A stretch of DNA of 64,000 bases from an uncultured Bacteriovoracaceae bacterium (GTDB taxonomy: Bacteria; Bdellovibrionota; Bacteriovoracia; Bacteriovoracales; Bacteriovoracaceae): assembly GCA_964012805.1 (NCBI GenBank), contig CAXGUD010000005.1, forward strand, positions 1-64,000, read 5' to 3'. Positions 48,779 through 58,726 of this stretch are shown here, one piece after another (positions within the stretch are counted from its first letter, which is position 1; each line of letters starts with the position of its first letter). Position numbers and translations under genes: made by a program. The notes beneath the pieces were generated by a model. That model had not been told where the DNA came from. It did no database searches and was given only the letters and a program-made list of their open reading frames with translations.

Positions 48779-51454
48779 TTATGCCTTTTTCTTTTCACCT
48801 ACTTCGTCCAAGCTCTCGGAGTAGTCATTGATTTGAAACTCTAAATCATTTTTATACTGAAGAAGATTTGGTTTAAATTGAGCCTCTCTTTGTTTTTTAA
48901 CTTCAATGTAAAAATTTTTCATTTCTTCATAAGTATTCTTCTTTAAAAGAAACACTTGGGTTGGTTTTAATCTTCCACTTTTCCTTTTAGCATCATATTC
49001 AACATTTATATTAGATAAATGTTCATCTAAATTTTCAGAAAAAACTTTTAAATGTCTTCTGAATTCTTCTCTCGAATTGCTAGAAGGCTCAATGAATAGT
49101 TCATAATTTGAATCCTTTTCATTAGCTATCATTAAGAAAAACTTAGAATTTAATTTCATTTCACTCTCAGTAGCAGACATGGCATCGATTAGTTGTCCCT
49201 CATAGATTTTTTCTCCAGTTATATTAGTCACTCCTCTTCCCTTTTGGATAAATTTAATTCTTGGTGTTTTATTTTTGAATCCTTCAACTCTTATAACATC
49301 ATTCATGAAGTATCGATAAAGACCATATCCAGTTGTTACAAAAATATAATATTCTTTTCTATCTTTAAGTTCATCTATAAGAAGAAAGTTTCTATCACCA
49401 TTATCATATAAATCTCTTTCAATAAATTCGTAAAAGTTATCTAAAATCGTTGGAATACCTGTGGTTTTCGATGAAGTTAAAGGGATTGTCCCTCTGAATT
49501 CACTTGATAAATAACCTGCATCTCTAATTAACATTTTTTCAGGGAACTGACCTTTTAAATGACCTAAAGCGGTTCCGCAGCTTCCTCCTGTCCAAGTAGC
49601 AAGTATCTGTAGATTAGGAAAGATGTGAAGCAGTTTAATCCCTCCATTTTCTTTAAAAATTTTATCTAATCTCTCCGCTTTAACCGGATTGTAGGAATAA
49701 AGAGGTTGTAAAGCTTTTTTTACATCATCTTCAAGGTCGTCATCCCTAAAAAACGTTCCTTCCTTCAAATCAATAAAATATTCATTCCAATACTCATTTA
49801 CTAGATCCAAAATTCTGATAAAAGTTGATGGGTTAGCTGAACCTAAAAAAGTTATATCGTCATGACAAAGTATAAGTCTTATAATGGTTTGATACTTCAG
49901 CAAATTGTTCTCAATATATGCTACCTCTCCAGGAATAACATACTTTTTCTTTGCTATTTTAGGAGCATGATCTTTGACAAACCCTGATGCTGAACCATAA
50001 GGTATATTGGACTTTCTATGCCCTTCAATACTGGCCCCCATTATGGCCATTATTTTGCCACTTATAACCTCATCTCTTTCCATAATTTGAGAATAAGCTT
50101 GAATTAACTGACTTCTTTTAAACGATTCAATAGTTCTTTTTAGAACTGGTATAAATTTTGGAGAACCAGTACTTCCACTTGTTACAGCATATATGATAGG
50201 AGCCTCGGCGTTTATATGGGGCTCTCCTGTCTCATCCTGTTTATCAATAAATGGTCTTAATGATTCATAATCTTGAGGTGGAACATTATTTCTAAAATCT
50301 TCAATTGATTTAATTTTATTAAAATTATGCTCTCGCCCGAAAAAAGTTTCCTTTTGAAATTCAAGAATGCTTAAAAGAACTTTTTCCTGGTTTTCTCTTG
50401 GGTTATGGCAAGCATTAACAAGCTTCCTATAATGGTATGAGCCCACGATTAAAACTTTACTCTTCATAGCGAAGTTTATAATCTTATGTCCAATATTTTC
50501 TAATATTTCATACGATGTTGGGACTGGAACCTCTTTCAAATCTATTTTAGAAATAAAAGGCGCCTTTAATTGAGTTAAATATTCTTTGGGAAAGTTACGA
50601 TTCCTAAGACCGATTTCCCCTACAGATCGATTTTTAGGTAAAAACCATGTTCCAAAAATTACATCCCAAATAATCAGGTTATTTCCGTAATTACCATTAG
50701 ATTCTCTTGGAATCTCTGAGTGATGCCATCTATGAAGCTCAGAGCTGCTAATAATATAATTAAGAATACCAAACTTAACATTTATGTTTGAATGCTGAAA
50801 AAAACCATTAATACCATAAAAGACCAAATAAGTTGTTAATACAGCTTCATTCATACCAATTAGTAGGAAAATAAGCGTATCAGGTATAAATTGAATAATC
50901 TTTTCTAATGGGTGAAATCTTCCTGAATTAAACCAATAAAGTACTTCCGAACTATGATGAACAGAATGCAACTTCCATAAAAATCTTTTTGTATGCGCCA
51001 TTCTGTGAACCCAATAACGAAAAAACTCATTGCACACCATCATTAAAATAACTTGGAACCATATCGGGGAATGGTGTGGCCAAAAACGTGTAAAAGACTC
51101 CCACCTATACTCAGTAACGATAGACGTTACCAACGTATAAAATAAAGGAACAAATAGAAACTCTAAGATCCTAGGTAAAATAAGTTGAGTTACACCCATA
51201 TGTAAAAAGTCTGTCTTCACATCATTTTTTATATTTTGCCATTCTTTTCTATAAGGATAAGCAAATTCAAAAAAGGTAATGACAAGGGAGGCAAACATAA
51301 GTGAGCACATTGCCGATATGTATGAGTGAACTTGATTTTCTATCAAGAAATTAAAAAATAAAAAACCTGATAAGAGTGTTCCTGGGTAAATTAAATAAGG
51401 AAAAATAGAATGAAATAAGCTTAAAGAATAATTAGCCGAAGGACTAGACTTCAT
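48779..51454 (-). CDS. Fusion of sterol desaturase/fatty acid hydroxylase (N-term) and GH3 acyl-acid amido synthetase (C-term)
   Basis: HRMAH, HSVHHS, FQHSN, HRWHH, WDVIFGT; then TSGSTGSPKFIP, YLSSE, GLYRYFMND. Confidence 0.9.
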   Translation of the reverse strand: MKSSPSANYSLSLFHSIFPYLIYPGTLLSGFLFFNFLIENQVHSYISAMCSLMFASLVITFFEFAYPYRKEWQNIKNDVKTDFLHMGVTQLILPRILEFLFVPLFYTLVTSIVTEYRWESFTRFWPHHSPIWFQVILMMVCNEFFRYWVHRMAHTKRFLWKLHSVHHSSEVLYWFNSGRFHPLEKIIQFIPDTLIFLLIGMNEAVLTTYLVFYGINGFFQHSNINVKFGILNYIISSSELHRWHHSEIPRESNGNYGNNLIIWDVIFGTWFLPKNRSVGEIGLRNRNFPKEYLTQLKAPFISKIDLKEVPVPTSYEILENIGHKIINFAMKSKVLIVGSYHYRKLVNACHNPRENQEKVLLSILEFQKETFFGREHNFNKIKSIEDFRNNVPPQDYESLRPFIDKQDETGEPHINAEAPIIYAVTSGSTGSPKFIPVLKRTIESFKRSQLIQAYSQIMERDEVISGKIMAIMGASIEGHRKSNIPYGSASGFVKDHAPKIAKKKYVIPGEVAYIENNLLKYQTIIRLILCHDDITFLGSANPSTFIRILDLVNEYWNEYFIDLKEGTFFRDDDLEDDVKKALQPLYSYNPVKAERLDKIFKENGGIKLLHIFPNLQILATWTGGSCGTALGHLKGQFPEKMLIRDAGYLSSEFRGTIPLTSSKTTGIPTILDNFYEFIERDLYDNGDRNFLLIDELKDRKEYYIFVTTGYGLYRYFMNDVIRVEGFKNKTPRIKFIQKGRGVTNITGEKIYEGQLIDAMSATESEMKLNSKFFLMIANEKDSNYELFIEPSSNSREEFRRHLKVFSENLDEHLSNINVEYDAKRKSGRLKPTQVFLLKKNTYEEMKNFYIEVKKQREAQFKPNLLQYKNDLEFQINDYSESLDEVGEKKKA

Positions 51455-51699
51455 TTTTCCTACCCTAAATAAATATAATTTAAATAAGAACCTCTTAACC
51501 AGTCTAAGATTAACATAGGTGAGTTATTGGATTAGTAATTATTTATTCCTGTCTGTAAAATATTTTACTTTAAATAATTTAGGCTAAAAATTTGGTTCTT
51601 TTCAAAGTTTAATACTTTTTGAATATGCATTTACAGTATAAAAACTACAAAGATTAATTAATCTTAATAAAATAAGACCATTAATCCGAAAGGAATCTC

Positions 51700-52143
51700 A
51701 TGATAAACATAATTTACTATATACTTCTCTGGTTTATTACAATCGTTTTTTTAGGCAGAGTCTTAGCGCAAGTTTTTGTAGGCATATACTCACCTCCTTA
51801 TCTACCCAAGATGGAGATGTGGTATTCGGGTCTGATGCCTTATCCAATTCTTTTAACCTATCAAATTTTTATTTATACTTGTATGATTATTTTTAATTTT
51901 TGTTTATATATGGGTAGAGGTCCCTTATTTTTAATTTTGAATGGAAAAACATCAATCTATTATATATATTTTGGTTCGGTATATTTCACTCTAATGATTA
52001 TTCGCTTTATAATACATAAAATAAAAGAACCTGAGATAACTTGGCCAAGGGGTAGTATTCCCATTTTTTTCCACTTTTTTTTAGCAGTCTACATTATTCT
52101 TTTAGGCAGTTATTCTTATTTTAAAGTCATAATAATCTCTTGA
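51700..52143 (+). CDS. Small four-TM membrane protein
   Basis: Hydrophobic ORF with GRVLAQ, WYSGLMPYP, IPIFFH. Confidence 0.75.
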   Translation: MINIIYYILLWFITIVFLGRVLAQVFVGIYSPPYLPKMEMWYSGLMPYPILLTYQIFIYTCMIIFNFCLYMGRGPLFLILNGKTSIYYIYFGSVYFTLMIIRFIIHKIKEPEITWPRGSIPIFFHFFLAVYIILLGSYSYFKVIIIS

Positions 52144-52176
52144 TATGAAATTCCTTTTGGATCAAAATAAGATGTC

Positions 52177-55100
52177 ATGAAAGAGATTATAAAATTCTTT
52201 GTTGTTCGAAGAACATTTAGTCATCTTCTTACATTTTTTGTTATCTCTTTAGGTTTATATTGCCTATTTAAAATAAATAAAGATTCTCAGCCAGAAGTCG
52301 ATTTCCAAAGAGTCATGATTGTCACTTATTATCCTGGCGTATCAGCGGAAGACGTCGAGTTAAAAATAACCAATAAAATAGAAGATAAGATCAATTTAAT
52401 TTCAAATATTAAAAAAAGTTTTTCTATTTCTCAAGAAGGTATTTCCAGGGTTGTAATTTACATCGATGAAAATGCAATTGATAAAGACAAAGTAAAAGAC
52501 GAAATAAGAAGAAATGTTGACCAGATTTCAGACTTTCCCATGGACCTTCAAAATAAACCCAAAATATCAGAACTTAATGCATCTATGTTCCCGATTATTG
52601 AAGTGGGTATAACAAGTAATTTAGACTATAAAAAACTTCGTCAAATATCTAAAATTTTCAAAAATAAATTAAAAACCATAGATGGCATTTCTAGAATAGA
52701 AAGTTTTGGCCTTTATTCTCCTCAAGTTAAAATTGAGGTCTCTCTTTCAAAGCTCATTGAGAATGATATTTCTATTCTTCAAATTCATGAAGCATTAAAT
52801 AAAAGAAACCGAAGAACAACAGTAGGAAAAATTACTCAGTTATCTAAAGAAAAAAATATCGTTCCTTTTGCAGAATTCAAAAACTTAAAGGATGTAAAAA
52901 ATGTGATTATAAGATCTAACTTCGAAGGAAAGAGAATAAGGATACAGGACTTGGCCATTGTCAACGAAGGTTTTCAAACGCCTCATATTTACACAAATAT
53001 AAATGGACAAGAAGCCATTTCTCTTATTATATATAAAAACCAAGTTGCTGATGTAGTTAAAACAGTTGATAAAATCAACAAAATTATTAAAGAACAAAAA
53101 GAAATCTATAAAGATGAAGTAAAGTTTATTTTAAATAATGATAATTCTAGGGTTGTGAGGGATAAATTTCAAATCGTTGCCAATAACGGAATACTAGGTC
53201 TTATTTTTGTTAATTTACTTCTCTCCGTCTTTTTATACTATAGAACTGCATTTTGGGTAGCACTCGGTATTCCTTTTTCACTTCTAGGTTCAATTATTTA
53301 TTTACAGTCAATTAATATGGCACTCGATACGGTATCTTTAACTGCAATGATAATTGTTGTTGGAATTATTGTTGATGACGCTATTATAGTTGCTGAAAAT
53401 ATCTACCGTCATTTTTCTGAATTAAAAAAGACTCCTGTGGAAGCAGCCGTTGATGGCACTGCTGAAGTTTTCAAGCCAGTTCTCACAACAATCTTAACAA
53501 CCTTTCTTGCCTTTGCACCCATGTTTTTTATGACTGGTCTTATGGGGAAATTTATCGCTGTTATTCCACTTATTATAAGTGCAGCTCTCTTTATATCATT
53601 TTTTGAATGTGCTTTTATTCTTCCTTCTCATTTAGTTCCCGGACTTCACAAATTAAAAAGTAAAGAAGAGGGAGAATGGTTTGAAGTATGGATAAAAAGA
53701 CCATTCATATACTTAACTAAGACCTTTTTAAAGCTGCGGTATCCTTTTGTATTATTATTTTTTATTTTGTTATTAGGCACTTTATATTATGCAAAAAACC
53801 ATATGCAATTTATCTTATTCCCTGAATCTGTTTCTGAGAGAATTATTATTACAGCAGAGCTTAAAAAGGGAATTACTCTGCGAGAAAATAAAAAACAAAC
53901 AGCTCAAATTGAAAATATTCTATTAAATTCAAAAAAGAGTGAAGTTCTTTCTTTTTCAACAAGAATAGGAATGTGGGCAGATGAAATCAAAACAAGAATG
54001 AGAGACAATTGGTCTGTCATCTATATTGATCTTACGCCTTACGGAAAAAGAAAAAGAGTAGCAAGAGAAATAGTAGAAGAATTAAGAACTAAAATAAAAA
54101 ATGTTAAAAACTTTAAATCAATTAATTTTAATATTGTTTCTGGAGGACCACCTGTCGGGAGACCTATTGATATTCAAATTATTGGTGCAGATGATAAACT
54201 AAGAAACAAGCTGGCTAAATCAGTAGAAAAGAAGCTAAAAAGAATTAAAGGTGTAAAAGATATAGAAAATGATCAAAGGCCTGGAAAAGAGGAAATTCAA
54301 CTTCTCTTTAATTATGAAAAACTATCCCAACTAGGTCTTAATCTTCCAACAGTTGTAAAATCGCTACGAATGTCATTTGATGGTGTAAAAGCAACATCTG
54401 TTAGAAGAGGAGATGAGGATATTGAATATGTCGTAATACTTAGTAAGAAAGATCGTATGCTTGAAGAAAATATTAGTAAAGTTCAGATCCCTAATGTAAA
54501 TGGACGGCTTATTTCTTTAGGTAAAGCGACCTATTTTAAAAATCAAGTTGGAAAAGGGTTTATAAAACACCATAATGGCGAAAGAAGTATCACTGTTACT
54601 GCTGATCTGGATCAAAGTATAACTGATCCTGTTAAAGTAACTCAGGAAATTATCTCCTCGTATAATCTAGATAAAGATTACCCTGGAACCAGTTTTATAA
54701 TTGGCGGTGAAGCCGAAGAAACTAAAAAATCTATAAGGAGCCTTTTCAGTACATTTATTTTTGCGGGCGTTGGAATCTACTTTCTATTGGTATTACTTTT
54801 TAATTCATACTTTCAACCAATATATGTCATGCTTGCTATTCCCTTTGGAGTTGTCGGAGTTATTATTTCATTTGCCATTCATCAAGAATCACTTAGTTTC
54901 ATGGCCATGCTTGGTGCTATTGGATTAGCAGGTGTTGTCGTTAATGATTCTCTAGTCTTAGTAAACCACTTAAATGAAACAATAAAGAAAGCAACTAATC
55001 CTGAGGAAAAAGATACTCTCATGGTTGAAGCGATTTCACATCGTTTACGGCCAATTCTAATAACAACTCTAACAACAGTAGCTGGTCTTCTTCCATTGGC

Positions 55101-55263
55101 CTATGGAATTGGTGGATCAGATCCCTTTATGATGCCAATGGCCCTTAGCTTGGGTTATGGACTTATTGTTGCAACTCCACTCACCATTTTTCTAGTACCA
55201 TGCTTTTATAATATCGGCGAAGATCTAAAAAATTTTCTTTTTAAATTTAAGAGTAAAAATTGA
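52177..55263 (+). CDS. RND efflux permease (AcrB/AcrD/AcrF family)
   Basis: YPGVSAEDVE, GIIVDDAIIVAENI, GVVVNDSLV, RLRPILITTLTT. Confidence 0.95.
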   Translation: MKEIIKFFVVRRTFSHLLTFFVISLGLYCLFKINKDSQPEVDFQRVMIVTYYPGVSAEDVELKITNKIEDKINLISNIKKSFSISQEGISRVVIYIDENAIDKDKVKDEIRRNVDQISDFPMDLQNKPKISELNASMFPIIEVGITSNLDYKKLRQISKIFKNKLKTIDGISRIESFGLYSPQVKIEVSLSKLIENDISILQIHEALNKRNRRTTVGKITQLSKEKNIVPFAEFKNLKDVKNVIIRSNFEGKRIRIQDLAIVNEGFQTPHIYTNINGQEAISLIIYKNQVADVVKTVDKINKIIKEQKEIYKDEVKFILNNDNSRVVRDKFQIVANNGILGLIFVNLLLSVFLYYRTAFWVALGIPFSLLGSIIYLQSINMALDTVSLTAMIIVVGIIVDDAIIVAENIYRHFSELKKTPVEAAVDGTAEVFKPVLTTILTTFLAFAPMFFMTGLMGKFIAVIPLIISAALFISFFECAFILPSHLVPGLHKLKSKEEGEWFEVWIKRPFIYLTKTFLKLRYPFVLLFFILLLGTLYYAKNHMQFILFPESVSERIIITAELKKGITLRENKKQTAQIENILLNSKKSEVLSFSTRIGMWADEIKTRMRDNWSVIYIDLTPYGKRKRVAREIVEELRTKIKNVKNFKSINFNIVSGGPPVGRPIDIQIIGADDKLRNKLAKSVEKKLKRIKGVKDIENDQRPGKEEIQLLFNYEKLSQLGLNLPTVVKSLRMSFDGVKATSVRRGDEDIEYVVILSKKDRMLEENISKVQIPNVNGRLISLGKATYFKNQVGKGFIKHHNGERSITVTADLDQSITDPVKVTQEIISSYNLDKDYPGTSFIIGGEAEETKKSIRSLFSTFIFAGVGIYFLLVLLFNSYFQPIYVMLAIPFGVVGVIISFAIHQESLSFMAMLGAIGLAGVVVNDSLVLVNHLNETIKKATNPEEKDTLMVEAISHRLRPILITTLTTVAGLLPLAYGIGGSDPFMMPMALSLGYGLIVATPLTIFLVPCFYNIGEDLKNFLFKFKSKN

Positions 55264-57213
55264 ACCTTTCCCGAACTCAGAATTAACACTAATTTCAGCT
55301 TCATTTTCCTCGACCATCTTTTTTACATTATATAAGCCTATTCCATATCCTTCTGGACTTTCTCCGCTTTCGCTAACACGTCCTTTTTTCTCAAAAATAA
55401 CATTTAACTTTTCATCTTTAATACCTATTCCATTATCTTCTATATCAATTAAAATATAATCCTTATCCTGAGAGGACCTTATTTTAATTATAGGTGGAAC
55501 ATCTGTTTTTGAATACTTCAGTGAATTACTGATAATATTTGCAAATATTTGAATTGTTGAAATTTGATTACAAATAAAATCCTCGACCATTAAATCTAAC
55601 TCAATCTTGGCATTTTTTTGTTGAATTTTTATCTCAAGTTGATCAAGTGCCAAATTTAAAATTTTTAAAATTTTATACTTTTTTAAATCCACCTTATCGA
55701 CAGTAAAATTTATAAGAATATTGTTAATAATTGATATAGATTTCTCTAATGAATTTTTTATCTTACTTATAATCTCTTTTGTCTTAGAAAAATTCTCAGT
55801 ATACATATGTTCGTAAAGCTCTATATGAGTTATCGCGACACCTATGGGATTTGCCAAATCATGAGCTACAGCAAAGTCATATTCTTTTAAACGCTCATTT
55901 TTTTCTGCCAATTCTTTAGTTCTTTCCCTTACTTGTTCTTCCAATTTAGTTGCGAAACTTGTCATAACTCTTCTTGCCTCAATTTCCCTTTCAAGGGCCT
56001 CCTCTTGAAGTCTTTTAAATTTGTCTCCTAAGGCAAAAGCAAGAAAAACAGTTTGAAATAAATTGCCTATTTGAAATCCATGGCTAACGATCCAAAAAGG
56101 GGGTATTAGACCTACAAGACTTAACGATTGCACTAATCCCCCTAAGGAAAAACCACTGAAGGCCAACAAATAAAATCTCGCTGGTCTATATCCTTGATTT
56201 AATCTGACTATTCCTGCCAGAATAATAAAACAAAATACAAAAATCACAAAAGAAATAAAAGGAAAGTAAAGTAATCTATAATTACCAAAAAAAGACAATA
56301 GAATAAAAATTAATGAAATATAAATATTAATTTGAAGAATATTATAAATGCGTCTATTTTCTCTCCTATTAATTAGGAGAAATTTTTTTAAAAACAAATG
56401 AATAAATAAAGCTATTAAACCTCCCCTGAGCAAAAATCCTTCATTTTGTAACCAAAACGAATTGGGATAGAGGATTTGAAAAGCTATTCCATTGGCAGAA
56501 GCGGTGGTCCAAAGAATAGCTGTTATAGTTAGAGAGTAATAAAGATAACTAGAGTCTCTCATAAAAAAATAAGTTATTAGGTTATAAAAAATCATGATTA
56601 AAATAGCGCCATAAAAAAGAGCGTAACCCGTCATTACGTCTTTCTCTTCTAACAAAAAATTTCTTAGTGTAAGTATTTCAAAAGGAAGAGATAAATCATC
56701 TTTACTTTTAATTTTTATATAATAAGTTGATTTTTCTTTAGGACTAATATTAAAGGCAAAACCTCTATAATCTACATCTCTTGTTTTAAAAGGTCTCCTG
56801 TCACCGGTTTTAAATACCTTAAAATTTCCATTATCTATCGAGAAAAAATCAAAATAATCGTGCCAAACGATTTCATTTTTTAAAATCCAATTTTTCTCTT
56901 TTGTTTTATTTGTGATTATTATTTTGACCCAAATTGAAGAAGCTGTTACGCCAAATGAAAGCACCTCTCTATTTGAACGCTTAAATAATTTATTATATTC
57001 CGGCTTTTTAATATCTTCATAAGTTAGATTATTTGTTTCATCCTCATAAAATAAGAGCGAAGTACCTAAACTAATCTTATCCTTAATTGAATTTAAAATA
57101 ACTTCATCACTAGAGTAAACTTTCGTGACCATTAATAAATAAATAGTTAAAATTATAGAAATTACTCTAAAATAAAAGGCTACCATAGTGGTATACTTTT
57201 CGGATACGATCAA
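55225..57213 (-). CDS. 7TM-DISM sensor histidine kinase (7TMR-DISMED2 + 7TM + HisKA + HATPase)
   Basis: Extracellular beta domain (TGDRRPF..R), seven TM ending LAFALGD, AHDLANP, NSLKYS, DNGIG, GYGIGL. Confidence 0.92.
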   Translation of the reverse strand: MIVSEKYTTMVAFYFRVISIILTIYLLMVTKVYSSDEVILNSIKDKISLGTSLLFYEDETNNLTYEDIKKPEYNKLFKRSNREVLSFGVTASSIWVKIIITNKTKEKNWILKNEIVWHDYFDFFSIDNGNFKVFKTGDRRPFKTRDVDYRGFAFNISPKEKSTYYIKIKSKDDLSLPFEILTLRNFLLEEKDVMTGYALFYGAILIMIFYNLITYFFMRDSSYLYYSLTITAILWTTASANGIAFQILYPNSFWLQNEGFLLRGGLIALFIHLFLKKFLLINRRENRRIYNILQINIYISLIFILLSFFGNYRLLYFPFISFVIFVFCFIILAGIVRLNQGYRPARFYLLAFSGFSLGGLVQSLSLVGLIPPFWIVSHGFQIGNLFQTVFLAFALGDKFKRLQEEALEREIEARRVMTSFATKLEEQVRERTKELAEKNERLKEYDFAVAHDLANPIGVAITHIELYEHMYTENFSKTKEIISKIKNSLEKSISIINNILINFTVDKVDLKKYKILKILNLALDQLEIKIQQKNAKIELDLMVEDFICNQISTIQIFANIISNSLKYSKTDVPPIIKIRSSQDKDYILIDIEDNGIGIKDEKLNVIFEKKGRVSESGESPEGYGIGLYNVKKMVEENEAEISVNSEFGKGSIFTLKFKKKIF

Positions 57214-57265
57214 CTAAACCCTTAGCTAATCCCTCTTTACAATTTGTTTTTTAAAAAAAATTTGT

Positions 57266-58579
57266 TTAAGAAGGTTTTTTTTCTGATTCAAGAACGGATT
57301 GAAGGTGAGTTGAGAAAGTTCTTTGTGGAATTCCTTCAGTATGACCTCTGTAGCCCTCACCATCTTTTATAACTTCCAATAAAGTTTTTGGAGTCTCAAA
57401 TAGATCTGGAGAAGCAATAACATCCTTACTAAGTATTAAAAGATCGGCCCTTTTCCCTTTTTCAATAGTTCCCGTATCTGTTTGACCAATTTCTTTTGCA
57501 CCGAGACCAGTCATTCCATACCAGGAGGTAAGAATAGGCAATTCTTCCTTGCAAAGCGACTCAATTTCTTTGAAATTTCTCCCATGCATTTCTGGCATAA
57601 TGGCATCTGTTCCCGCCAAAATTTTTAAGCCTGCTTTGTGGGCCACTTGGACAGCATTTTTATGATGTTTAAAAACTTCGGCTGCTTTTTCTTTTACAAA
57701 GGGGTCCAGATCTGGAATTTCTTGAAGGTGTTGGATTACCCATGAAGTTGGAGTAACTGTACAGCCTTTACTTGCAGCAAGATTGGCCATTTCCTCATCC
57801 ATGTATGATATATGCTGAATGTCTTTTACACCATGCTTAATTGCCATTTGAATTCCTGATCGAGAATGGGCATGGGCCGCAACAGTTAAACCCCTAGAAT
57901 GGGCTTCGTCACAAATCGATTCAATTTCCTCACTTGTAAACTCTCTATGCTCTAATTTATCAGACGGGGATGCAACGCCTGGGCTTGTACAAATTTTTAT
58001 TAAGTCAGCTCCACAGGCCACAATTTCCCTTACTTTTTTGCGACACTCCCACGGCCCATCAATAACGCTACCAGGCCTCCCTGGAGCCTCTCTAAAAAGA
58101 TTAGATAACTCTGCATGACACCTATCTGGTCCTCTAAAATCAGCATGGCCACCAGTCGTTGAAAGCATAGCAATAGCTATTTTTAACCTAGGGCCTATCA
58201 TCATATTGTCATTTATCATTCTTTTAATAAAGTCAGTGGCCCCACCAATATCACGGGCAGTCGTCACACCACCATTAACTAAAGTTGTGTAAAGAATTTT
58301 TTCTACATAAAGAAGTCCAGATTGAGAATTCATTAGATCAATATCTTGCTTTCCAATTCCTGAGATTGTTATGTGAGCATGACAATCAACTAAACCTGGA
58401 GTTACATAATTATCTGAACAGTCAATGAAAGCAAAATCCCTATATCCCCTTTCTTTTTGATGAGGGAGAACATCCTTTATCATCCCTCCTTCAACTAAAA
58501 CATCTACATTTTGGTGGATTGAGGAGTTTAATGCAGATTTTCCATCATATAATTTCTTAATATTGCTCAAAATATACAA
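57266..58579 (-). CDS. Metal-dependent amidohydrolase (Xaa-Pro dipeptidase-like subgroup)
   Basis: PGLVDCHAH, GVTTARD, TGGHAD, IKI, AHAH, GTDA, GKRADL. Confidence 0.92.
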   Translation of the reverse strand: MYILSNIKKLYDGKSALNSSIHQNVDVLVEGGMIKDVLPHQKERGYRDFAFIDCSDNYVTPGLVDCHAHITISGIGKQDIDLMNSQSGLLYVEKILYTTLVNGGVTTARDIGGATDFIKRMINDNMMIGPRLKIAIAMLSTTGGHADFRGPDRCHAELSNLFREAPGRPGSVIDGPWECRKKVREIVACGADLIKICTSPGVASPSDKLEHREFTSEEIESICDEAHSRGLTVAAHAHSRSGIQMAIKHGVKDIQHISYMDEEMANLAASKGCTVTPTSWVIQHLQEIPDLDPFVKEKAAEVFKHHKNAVQVAHKAGLKILAGTDAIMPEMHGRNFKEIESLCKEELPILTSWYGMTGLGAKEIGQTDTGTIEKGKRADLLILSKDVIASPDLFETPKTLLEVIKDGEGYRGHTEGIPQRTFSTHLQSVLESEKKPS

Positions 58580-58726
58580 ACGATAATCCTTAGTTTATTC
58601 TCTAAATTAAAAATAACCAATCTAAACAAAAAATAAATAAAAGGGAAGATTCTTTGCAGTACTCTTTCCCTTAAAAAAAGACTCTATCCATCTCACTGTC
58701 GGATTCTTTTAAAAGGAAGTTTAATT

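Noticed and set aside
46773..51454. Firm annotation as an auxin (IAA) biosynthesis operon
   Set aside because: Family membership does not define substrate, and no linked Trp aminotransferase; kept only as a hypothesis
57195..58725. Other sigma-28-like CCGA boxes (minus strand, near 57200 and 58700)
   Set aside because: Mismatched -10 boxes and 16-nt spacing in very AT-rich DNA; not distinguishable from chance by eye
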